Assembly (NCBI GenBank): GCA_965248445.1
Contig: CBDFJG010000001.1
Coordinates: forward strand, 64,001 to 128,000
DNA length: 64,000 bases
From: Planctomycetota bacterium
GTDB lineage: Bacteria > Planctomycetota > JAJSAM01 > JAJVHW01
Direction: 5' to 3'
Position 1 is the first letter of the stretch. Each line of letters starts with the position of its first letter. A model generated the notes under the pieces. The model was not told where the DNA came from, did not search any database, and saw nothing but the letters and a program-made list of their open reading frames with translations. Made by a program: the position numbers and the translations under genes. Positions 31,515 through 39,320 of the stretch are shown here, in pieces.

Positions 31515-32062
31515 GTGGGCCTCGTTCAGATCCAGGCCCCCGCCGAGCCGGTGGTCTCGATCGACGAGGCCATGCTCCACCTGCGCGTGGACGGCTACGA
31601 CGAGACATCGCTCATCCAGGCGCTCGTCGAGGCCGCCACGGCGCAGGCCGAGGCGTACTGCCGCCGCCGTTTCGTGACGCAGCAGTGGCGACTCACGTTG
31701 GGCGCGTTCCCGAGCGGAGCGGTCGTCCTCCCGCATCCGCCGCTCGCGTCGGTCGAGAGCATCGCGTACGTGGACACCGACGGCGTGCTCCAGACGGTCG
31801 CGCCGAACGACTATGTCGTCCGCACGAGCGAGTCCCCGGGTGAGGTCGTCTCCGCGTACGGCGCGGCGTGGCCGTCGGCGCGCGTCGAGTCCGACTCCGT
31901 GCGGGTCGAGTTCACCTGCGGGTACGGCGTCGCGGCGGCCGTCCCGCACGCCATCCGCCGGGCCGTCCTGCTGATCGTCGGCACGCTCTACGCGAATCGC
32001 GAGACGGTGGCACCCGTGGTGATGCAGCCCGTGCCGCACGCGGCTGAGTGGCTGCTCGGGCC
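31515..32062 (+). pseudogene. Head-tail connector (gp6-like), 3' end lost
   Basis: 'EPVVSIDEAMLHLRVD...VPHAIRRAVLLIVGTLYANRE...WLLGP'; no stop codon at the expected place, runs into the next gene. Confidence 0.8.
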
Positions 32063-32322
32063 AGTCCGTCGAGACCTGGCTCCCTCTCGCCACGGTCTGG
32101 GCGCGCGTGGAGCCGCTCGGCGGACGGGAGGGCTTCGGCCAGCAGCAGTTCGTCGCAACAGGCGACCTGCGCTTCACCATTCGCTGGCGACCGGACGTGA
32201 CGCCGCTTCACCGCGTCGTCCACGACGGCGTCCCCTACGACGTGGTCTCCGTAGCGGAGGTCGGCCGCCACGAGGGGCTCCTCATCGTCGGGCGCGGACG
32301 CACGGATGAGAGGAAGCCGTGA
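32059..32322 (+). pseudogene. Head closure / head-tail adaptor (gp7-like), 5' end lost
   Basis: 'GQSVETWLPLATVWARVEPLGGRE...RFTIRWRPDVTPLHRVVHDG..YDV'; N-terminus and RBS missing. Confidence 0.78.
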
Positions 32323-32825
32323 CTCGCGTCGACGTGGAGGGTCTGGAGGAGCTGGACCGTGCGCTCGCGGAGATCCCCGAGGCGTTGCGCCGCAACGTCG
32401 TCCTCGCCGCGCTCCGCAAGGCAGCGCAGCCGATGGTGCGCGAGGCCAAGGCGCGCGCGCGGCGCGGGACCGATCCGCGTCGGCGCGGCTCGCAGAAGCA
32501 ACGGACCTCCGGCGAGTCCGAACGCATCGGGCACGGCGTGGACTCCATCACCGCGCGCGCGGTGCGAACCGACCGTCCGAACGAGGCGGCCGTCGCGCTC
32601 GGGCCCGACGCCAAGCACTGGTACATGCTCTTCGTCGAGTTCGGCACGTCGCGCCAGGCCCCCGATCGCTTCCTCACACCGGCCTTCGAGATCCACAAGG
32701 AGGCGGCGATCAAGGTGACCGGCGAGGAACTCTGGAAGTCGCTCTCCCGCACGGCGAGGCGCCTCGCCAAGCAGGCCGAGACGGGCACGCTCTCGAAGAA
32801 GGCCCACAAGGCGCTGCAGTCGTGA
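32319..32825 (+). CDS. HK97 gp10-family protein
   Basis: 'VEGLEELDRAL', 'FVEFGTSRQAPDRFLTPAFE'. Confidence 0.88.
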   Translation: MTRVDVEGLEELDRALAEIPEALRRNVVLAALRKAAQPMVREAKARARRGTDPRRRGSQKQRTSGESERIGHGVDSITARAVRTDRPNEAAVALGPDAKHWYMLFVEFGTSRQAPDRFLTPAFEIHKEAAIKVTGEELWKSLSRTARRLAKQAETGTLSKKAHKALQS

Positions 32826-33220
32826 CGCTCGGCAAGTACCTGCGGCTCCTCCTCACGGCCGATCCCGGCGTCTCGGCACTTGTCGGCGATCGCGTCTACA
32901 CCGAGGTCCTGCCGCAGGACCCGACCGTTCCCGCGGTGGTCTTCACGGAGGTCGCGGGCGGGGACGACTACGCGCTCGACGGACCGACCGGCACGGGCTC
33001 GCGCCGCGTCCAGGTCGATGCGTGGGCGAAGACGCGAGCCGAGGCAACGGCGCTCGGGCTCGCGCTGCGGCGTGTTCTGTCGGGGCACACGGGTGCCGCG
33101 GGTGGGCTCGAGGTCGCGGGCGTCTTCCTGCTCAACGAGCGGTGGGATTTCGACGCCCAGACCTCCCTCTACCGGACCAGCCAGGACGACGAGATCAGGA
33201 CCGTCGAAGCGGTCGCTTGA
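32822..33220 (+). CDS. DUF3168 / tail terminator-like protein
   Basis: 'LTADPGVSALVGDRVY...PQ..P...RVQVDAWA'. Confidence 0.82.
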   Translation: MTLGKYLRLLLTADPGVSALVGDRVYTEVLPQDPTVPAVVFTEVAGGDDYALDGPTGTGSRRVQVDAWAKTRAEATALGLALRRVLSGHTGAAGGLEVAGVFLLNERWDFDAQTSLYRTSQDDEIRTVEAVA

Positions 33221-33352
33221 GGCATCTCACAGCTTCCAAGTCAAGGCCATTCTCGTCGCCTCGAAACCTTTGTGTTTCCTGTGTTTCAGGGCGGCGACAC
33301 CTCGCTATCGAGCGCGCAGTCGAGCGAATGTCCGCAGACAAGGAGGTGCTTC

Positions 33353-33811
33353 ATGACCAAGCACGCACAGCGCAAGCGGACCCGGTCCGCGCCCCCGACC
33401 ACAAAGGCCACGAAGACGACCGCTACGAAGAAGGTGGCGAAGAAGACCGTGAAGGCGCCGCGCAAGACGGCGACGCCGCCAGCCGCCAAGCCGAAGGAGC
33501 CCGCTCCCCAGCGGCCGCGCGACCCTCGCATCCCCCCGGCGGGAACGACGCTCATCCGGCCCTACAAGGGGCGGGAGATCCGGGTCGTCGTCCTGGACGC
33601 GGGCTTCCGCTGGGAGGGCCGCGAGTACCGCTCGCTCTCCGCGCTGGCGGCCAAGGTGACGGGGGCTGCCAGCATCAACGGACCGCTGTGGTTTCGACTG
33701 ACGAAGCCAAAGCCTTCGACGTCGAAGTCGCGGATCGCGAAGCCCAAGAGCGGGACGCCGAAGAAGGCCGCTCAGGAGCCCACTCCGACGACGGAGACAC
33801 CGACGGTCTGA
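33353..33811 (+). CDS. Second DUF2924 protein with Lys/Thr/Ala-rich histone-like tails
   Basis: AAGGAGG RBS; 'RDPRIPPAGTTLIRPYKGR...GFRWEGREYRSLSALAAKVTG...NGPLWFRL'. Confidence 0.82.
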   Translation: MTKHAQRKRTRSAPPTTKATKTTATKKVAKKTVKAPRKTATPPAAKPKEPAPQRPRDPRIPPAGTTLIRPYKGREIRVVVLDAGFRWEGREYRSLSALAAKVTGAASINGPLWFRLTKPKPSTSKSRIAKPKSGTPKKAAQEPTPTTETPTV

Positions 33812-33870
33812 CGCTTGGGGCCAACTTGCCCACCGGAAGGCAAAGGCGACTGGCGGCGCGATCCGCGCCG

Positions 33871-34254
33871 CTAGTTGGCGTCGTTAGTCAAGGTAACCCC
33901 GCCGAACCCAGACTCGCTCCGAGCTACCGTTCCTTCTTCGGTGGCAGCCCTCGGCGGCAGCCCCCGTCCTTTCCGGATCGCGTTCACGCGTGCGAGCCAC
34001 TGCTCGGGCGTTAGTCCGGCCCAGGAGCTCTTGCGGGGCTTCTTCGACTTCGTCCGTGGCTTGGCAGCCTTGCGCGCCGCCTTGGGCTTCCTCGGAGTCG
34101 GCTTCCGGCGCTTCGTCGCCTCGCCGCTCACGAGGGAGCGTACATCCGCGAGCGCCTCTTCGCGGCCCTCCTTGCGTGCGGTCTCGGCCAGTCGCGCGAG
34201 TCGGTTACTCAGGTCGGCAAGAAGGGCGTCGGTGGTATTGGCGGTTCGCGGCAT
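33871..34254 (-). CDS. Small basic protein (coiled-coil plus Lys/Arg-rich linker), possible nucleoid-associated protein
   Basis: GGAGG RBS; 'ARKEGREEALADVRSLV', K/R-rich linker, C-terminal 'WAGLTPEQ..ARV..IRKGRG'. Confidence 0.65.
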   Translation of the reverse strand: MPRTANTTDALLADLSNRLARLAETARKEGREEALADVRSLVSGEATKRRKPTPRKPKAARKAAKPRTKSKKPRKSSWAGLTPEQWLARVNAIRKGRGLPPRAATEEGTVARSESGFGGVTLTNDAN

Positions 34255-35315
34255 GTGGTTCGTTCCTCCGGGGCACCAGGTTTGAGTCGGCCCGGCCCAT
34301 GTCCTATGTGAAGTCGCGCATCGTACTGTCTGGTGCCGCTGCCTTGAACGACTCTCCGGAGCCCTCGACGCTCAAGATCAGAGCGCAACCACGGACCACG
34401 TTCGGGGTGGAGGCGGTAGGCCGCGTCGAGGACGACCGATCGGGCGGCGAGGGCAGCCTCGGCGCGGCCGTAGTGGACGGTCTCGGGCGTGAGCAGTCCG
34501 AGACCCAAGTGGCGATGCTCGCGGTTGTACCAGTCGAAGAAGGCGCGGCAGTGGGCGCGCGCATCCTGGATCGAGCCGAAGCGCGCGGGGAAGTCCGGCC
34601 GGTACTTCATGGTGCGGAACTGGCTCTCGCTGAAGGCGTTGTCGTTGGACGTGTACGGCCGGCTGTGGGACTTGGTGACCCCGAGGTCCGCGAGCTTGAG
34701 CGCCAGCGTCTTGGAGATCATCGGCGCCCCGCGATCGGCGTGCAGCGTCAGCTCACCGGCGCGGGTCCCCTGCTTGTCGCACGCGTGCGCGACGAGTTCC
34801 TTGGCCAGCGTGCCGCTCTCGCACGCAGCCAGCGTCCAGCCGACGACGCAGCGAGAGTAGATGTCGATCACGACGTAGAGGTAGTCGTACGTCCACTTCA
34901 CCGGGCCCTTGAGCTTGGTGATGTCCCAGCTCCACACCTGGTTGGGCGCCGTCGCCAGCAGCTCGGGCTTGCTGTACGCCGGATGACGCAGTTGGTTGCG
35001 GCGCTCACGCACGGCGCCGGCGGCCGCGAGGATGCGATACATCGTGCGCGCCGAGCACAGGTAGCGCCCCTCGTCGAGCAGCGTGGCCCAGATCGTCCGC
35101 GGCGCGTGGTCCACGAAGCGCTCCTCGTTCAGGACGGCGAGCACCGCCAGGCGTTCTTGGGTCGAGAGCGCCCGCGGCGACGGCGGGCGCGGCTGCTGGG
35201 GCCGGGGGCACGCCCGTGCCGCCCGGCGCCGGGAGAGCGTGGCACGCGCAACGCCGAGCGCGCGGCAGGCCGGGGCGACGCCGACGCGTCCTCCCAGGTC
35301 CTCCGCCGCGCTCAC
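34209..35315 (-). CDS. IS3-family transposase OrfB (DDE), C-terminus replaced by flanking sequence
   Basis: 'NQVWSWDITKL', 'LHADRG', 'SNDNAFSESQFRTMKY'. Confidence 0.88.
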   Translation of the reverse strand: MSAAEDLGGRVGVAPACRALGVARATLSRRRAARACPRPQQPRPPSPRALSTQERLAVLAVLNEERFVDHAPRTIWATLLDEGRYLCSARTMYRILAAAGAVRERRNQLRHPAYSKPELLATAPNQVWSWDITKLKGPVKWTYDYLYVVIDIYSRCVVGWTLAACESGTLAKELVAHACDKQGTRAGELTLHADRGAPMISKTLALKLADLGVTKSHSRPYTSNDNAFSESQFRTMKYRPDFPARFGSIQDARAHCRAFFDWYNREHRHLGLGLLTPETVHYGRAEAALAARSVVLDAAYRLHPERGPWLRSDLERRGLRRVVQGSGTRQYDARLHIGHGPGRLKPGAPEERTTCREPPIPPTPFLPT

Positions 35316-35880
35316 GTGTCGCTCCCGCTCGTCTCGGGCATCTCGATGCCCAGCAGCCGTGAGACTTTTTTCTGCACGGCGAGGATCGTCTCAGCGGTCT
35401 CAAGCCGCTGGCGCAGCCGGACGTTCTCGCGCTCGCGCTGCTCGTTGCGCTTCCTGAGCGCCCGGGCCGGGTCGGGCCTGGGACCGCGCCGCTTGGGCGC
35501 CAAGGCTTCGAGTTGGCCCTGGTCCCGCGCCCGCCGCCACGTCACCAGGTGCGACGTGTAGAGCCCTTCACGACGCAACACAGCGCCGATCTCACCGGGC
35601 TTCGTGCACCTGTCGGCCTCGCCCAGGATGCGCAGCTTGTACGCCGCGCTGAAGCGCCGCCGCGTGGCGCGCGGCACGACCTCCGGGTCGGGGACGCCCC
35701 CCTCCTCGCGGTCGCGCGCGCCGGGGGAGCCCCCTGCGCCTCGTGAGGGCTCGCTCCGCTCGCCCTCCCTCGGCTCCGGGTTCTCCCCCGGCAATTTGGT
35801 CTCCTTCTTCGTCATCGCTGATTCCTCCACCGCCCTGCACAGTAATCATCCGGGGGGTCGGTGTCTCAGCGATGTTGGCA
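34398..35880 (-). mobile_element. IS3-family element, right end deleted
   Basis: Left end TGCCAACATCGCTGAGACAC (reverse complement of 35861-35880); orfA and orfB with A6G slip site; orfB breaks after 'LHPER'; no second IR. Confidence 0.85.
35312..35815 (-). CDS. IS3-family transposase OrfA
   Basis: 'RRRFSAAYKLRIL.EAD.C...GEIGAVLRREGLY.SHL..WR'. Confidence 0.88.
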   Translation of the reverse strand: MTKKETKLPGENPEPREGERSEPSRGAGGSPGARDREEGGVPDPEVVPRATRRRFSAAYKLRILGEADRCTKPGEIGAVLRREGLYTSHLVTWRRARDQGQLEALAPKRRGPRPDPARALRKRNEQRERENVRLRQRLETAETILAVQKKVSRLLGIEMPETSGSDT

Positions 35881-36224
35881 CAGAGGGGCCCGAGGTCGTG
35901 TTGACACCGATACCGTCGAAGGGCGTCTGACCAGACGGAGCTTCCTGGTTGCCTTGCGGGGCGCCCATGTCTGACACACTGCTCACCCCATCGTGGTCCC
36001 CGGTCGGGAGCAGGAGGGGCTCCGTGTCCGTGTCGTCGTTGGTGGCGTCGCCGTCTGAGTCGGCCAGGTTCGGGTCGGTTCCCGTGTTGTAGACCTCCTC
36101 GTAGTCATCGAGGTTGTCGCCGTCGGTGTCGGCTTGGTTGGGGTCCGTCCCGATCATCCCCTCGAACACGTCCGAGAGACCGTCGCCGTCGGTGTCTGTC
36201 GCCATGGCGATCGGTGCCAGGAAC
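35881..36224 (-). pseudogene. Fragment of a secreted protein with DxDGDG Ca-binding repeats (possibly the N-terminus of an RHS/YD protein)
   Basis: 'DTDGDGLSD', 'DTDGDNLDD', 'DSDGDATND', then 'GVNTTSG'; cut by an IS on both sides. Confidence 0.6.
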
Positions 36225-36803
36225 TGGAGTTCCCCCGGTTCGGTGGACACCCGACCACTGAGGTTGGGAGGATGTCCAGATGCCCAGATCGAGACCACCG
36301 TACGACGAGGAGTACAAGCGCCAGATCGTCGAGTTGCACCGCGCCGGCCGGAGCGTGATGAGCCTCTGCCGCGAGTTCGAGCCGACGGAGATGACGATCC
36401 GCAAGTGGATCAAGCAGGCCGCGCTCGACGCCGGCGAGGGTGACGACGGCTTGACCACCGCGGAGCGCGATGAGCTGCGCAAGCTCAGACGAGATGTGCG
36501 CCACCTGCGCGAAGAGCGCGACATCTTGAAAAAAGCCGCGGCCTGGTTCGCTCGGGAGACGCGCTCGATCCCAGAGAAGGGTTCGAGTTCGTGAGCGACC
36601 ACCAGGCCGAGCACGACGTCGCCACCATGTGCCGCGTCCTCGGCGTCTCGAGGAGCGGATACTACGCGTGGCGGGGACGCGAGCCGTCGACCCGAACCTG
36701 CGAGGACGCGGCTCTCACGGCACGGATCCGCGCCATCCACGAGCGCTCTCGCCAGACGTACGGCTCGCCGAGGATCCACGCCGAGTTGCGCTACGACGGT
36801 GTT
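36225..36803 (+). mobile_element. Truncated IS3-family copy (IRL, orfA 36280-36594, start of orfB)
   Basis: IRL TGGAGTTCCCCCGGTTCGGTGGACACC; ends abruptly where the second copy begins. Confidence 0.9.
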
Positions 36804-36858
36804 TGGAGTTCCCCCGGTTCGGTGGACACCCGACCACTGAGGTTGGGAGGATGTCCAG

Positions 36859-37173
36859 ATGCCCAGATCGAGACCACCGTACGACGAGGAGTACAAGCGC
36901 CAGATCGTCGAGTTGCACCGCGCCGGCCGGAGCGTGATGAGCCTGTGCCGCGAGTTCGAGCCGACGGAGATGACGATCCGCAAGTGGATCAAGCAGGCCG
37001 CGCTGGACGCCGGAGAGCGTGACGACGGCTTGACCACCGCGGAGCGCGATGAGCTGCGCAAGCTCAGACGAGATGTGCGCCGGCTGCGCGAGGAGCGCGA
37101 CATCTTGAAAAAAGCCGCGGCCTGGTTCGCTCGGGAGACGCGCTCGATCCCAGAGAAGGGTTCGGGTTCGTGA
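36859..37173 (+). CDS. IS3-family transposase OrfA
   Basis: HTH 'YDEEYKRQIVEL...TIRKWIKQ', 'ERDILKKAAAWFA'. Confidence 0.9.
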   Translation: MPRSRPPYDEEYKRQIVELHRAGRSVMSLCREFEPTEMTIRKWIKQAALDAGERDDGLTTAERDELRKLRRDVRRLREERDILKKAAAWFARETRSIPEKGSGS

Positions 37174-38034
37174 GCGATCACCAGGCAGAGCACGACGTGG
37201 CCACCATGTGTCGGGTCCTCGGCGTCTCGAGGAGCGGGTACTACGCATCGCGCGGCCGTGCGCCCTCGAAGAGAGATCGCGAGGACGCTGCCCTGACCGA
37301 GCGCGTCCGCGAGATCCACGAGCGCTCTCGCCAGACGTACGGATCACCGCGCATCCATGCCGAGCTGCGCTACGAGGGCCTCCACATCGGTAGGAAGCGC
37401 GTCGAGCGCCTCATGCGCCAGGCTGGGATCGAGGGCGTGAGCCGCCGCAAGAGAGCCAAGACCACGAAGCGCTCGCAGCGTCAGGCGCCGGCCGCCGACC
37501 TGGTCGATCGCGACTTCACGGCCGACGCACCCGATCAGCTCTGGGTGGCCGACATCACGTACGTGCCGACCTGGACGGGGTTCCTGTACCTGGCGGTCGT
37601 CCTCGACGTCTGGAGCCGCCGGATCGTCGGCTGGTCCATGGCCACGACGCTCCACACCAAGATCGTGCTGGACGCACTCGAGATGGCCGTGCGCCAGCGC
37701 CAGCCCCTCGGAGTCGTCCACCACTCCGACCAGGGCTGCCAGTACACGTCGCTCGCCTTCGGGCGGCGCTGCAGAGAAGCGGGCGTCAGGCCGTCCATGG
37801 GATCGGTCGGAGACGCCTACGACAACGCCATGTGCGAGAGCTTCTTCGCCACGCTCGAGACCGAGTTGATCGACCGCACCAGCTTTTCGACCAAGTCCGC
37901 AGTCCGCAGCGCGGTTGGCGGTGTTCGACTTCATCGAGGGCTTCTACAATCCGCAGCGGCGACACTCCTCCATCGAGGACCTGTCGCCCATCGAGTTCGA
38001 GAGGCGGCGACGGCCGGAGGCCGCCGTATCATAG
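37170..38034 (+). pseudogene. IS3-family OrfB transposase, frameshifted by a 7-bp duplication
   Basis: 'LWVADITYV', 'HHSDQGCQY', 'DNAMCESFF'; AGTCCGC duplicated at 37894-37907; removing one copy restores 'AVFDFIEGFYNPQRRHS'. Confidence 0.88.
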
Positions 38035-38067
38035 TCCCCGGGTGTCCACCGAACCGGGGGAACTCCA

Positions 38068-38298
38068 GTAAAGGAACTCCGGCGTGATCGCACTGGGCGT
38101 GATGCTGACTGTGACACCGTGCGCGGCAGCGAGGGCTTCCAGGCGCTCCGTGTGTGGTGCGCTGCAGTACGTCGCAAGTCGGGCCGCACCGTCCCCGGTC
38201 GCCAAGGCGAATGCCGCGCGGCCGCCGGAGCCGAGCAAGTGCTCCCAGGGTGGCTCGATGCAGGTCTCGTAGTAGACACCGCCGACAACAGAGATCAT
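38068..38298 (-). pseudogene. N-terminal fragment of a PfkB/ribokinase-like kinase, cut by the IS
   Basis: 'MISVVGGVYYETC..P.W..LLGSGGRAAFAL' resembles a PfkB N-terminus; ATGA-coupled to the upstream gene. Confidence 0.6.
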
Positions 38299-38621
38299 TC
38301 TGGCCGGATCCTGACCTCGCACCGCCCGCCAGAGAGCGTGGTGACCTCCGCGACGTAAGAGTGGCCTGTACCGATACAGCGGAGGAGATCGGCAAGGGCG
38401 GGAGGTGTCAGAGAGCCGGCGACCTCACCGGCGGACGTGACTGCAAGCAGCACGCGGTCGGACAACGAGACGTCGAGGAGGTCGCCGACCGCGAGCGTCG
38501 CGATCACCTCTGGCTTCGGACTGCTCAGTGTCGTCGTTTCGACGATGTCGCAGTTGTCGACATCCGAAGGACCCGGTCGAATTCCCCCAAACCCACCACC
38601 ACCACCGCCGGATCCGGACAT
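38295..38621 (-). CDS. Small hypothetical protein with Gly-rich N-terminus and HIRAN-like beta fold
   Basis: Strong GAGGGAGG RBS; 'LAVGDLLDVSL...GEVAGSL...GHSYVAEV...CEVRIR'. Confidence 0.65.
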   Translation of the reverse strand: MSGSGGGGGGFGGIRPGPSDVDNCDIVETTTLSSPKPEVIATLAVGDLLDVSLSDRVLLAVTSAGEVAGSLTPPALADLLRCIGTGHSYVAEVTTLSGGRCEVRIRPE

Positions 38622-38816
38622 CGTTCCCTCCCTCTCAGACTGTTACACGACTCTCGCTCCGAACGCGTGAGTGACGTCCTTGGATGCACTTGAGCCAATG
38701 CGATCCGAGCGTGCCAGCGGCCGTCACGATATCAGACCGGGCATACAGCGAGCGGGTCTGTGCAGTGCGTGCGTAGATGCAGGAGCGCAGCGGCGGATCG
38801 CAATCGAGACGCGTTC

Positions 38817-39320
38817 TCAGGCAGGTAAACGCGCTTGGCGAGCGCCACCTAACGGCGCCGAGAGGCCGCGCTCTGTCCAGCTTCGCGGGAAACTGCGCAT
38901 GTAGTACCAGATCACGCCATCCAGGACGGAGGGCCGCGCCGAGAGGGCGCGCGCGAACTCCAGGTAGCGCGCCTCCAGTGAGAAGTAGCTCCGAGCAGGG
39001 GAAGCGTCCGGCTCAAAGACCCGGGCCGCGATGCAGGCACGAATCACGTGGATGTCGAGGATCGCCACCAGGTCACAGCCGGTTCGGTTGCGAACGATCC
39101 ACGAGGCCGTCTTTGGGCCGATGCCCGGGAGACCGCAGAGGAAGTCGCGCAATTCCAGGCCGCCCGTAGGGAGCGTCGCGTCTCTCAGGGCCGCGAGGCA
39201 ACGCGCGATTCGGTCGGCTCGCTGGCGTGGGAAGCGGTAGCGGACCGAGTTGCCGCGCACAAGGAGGCGGCCGCGCAGCACGCGCTCGATCTCTGCCGCG
39301 GTCACGGCCGAGTGGATTAG
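38817..39320 (-). pseudogene. HhH-GPD / 8-oxoguanine DNA glycosylase-like protein, 5' part removed at the IS1380 junction
   Basis: 'RYRFP.QRA', HhH 'LPGIGPKTASWIVRN', catalytic 'AILDIHVIRA', 'LDGVIW'. Confidence 0.8.

Larger units (their letters stand above)
36804..38067 (+). mobile_element. Full-length IS3-family element (1264 bp) with perfect 27-bp terminal IRs
   Basis: IRL 36804-36830 is the exact reverse complement of IRR 38041-38067; orfA 36859-37173 with A6G slip site; orfB from 37170. Confidence 0.93.
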
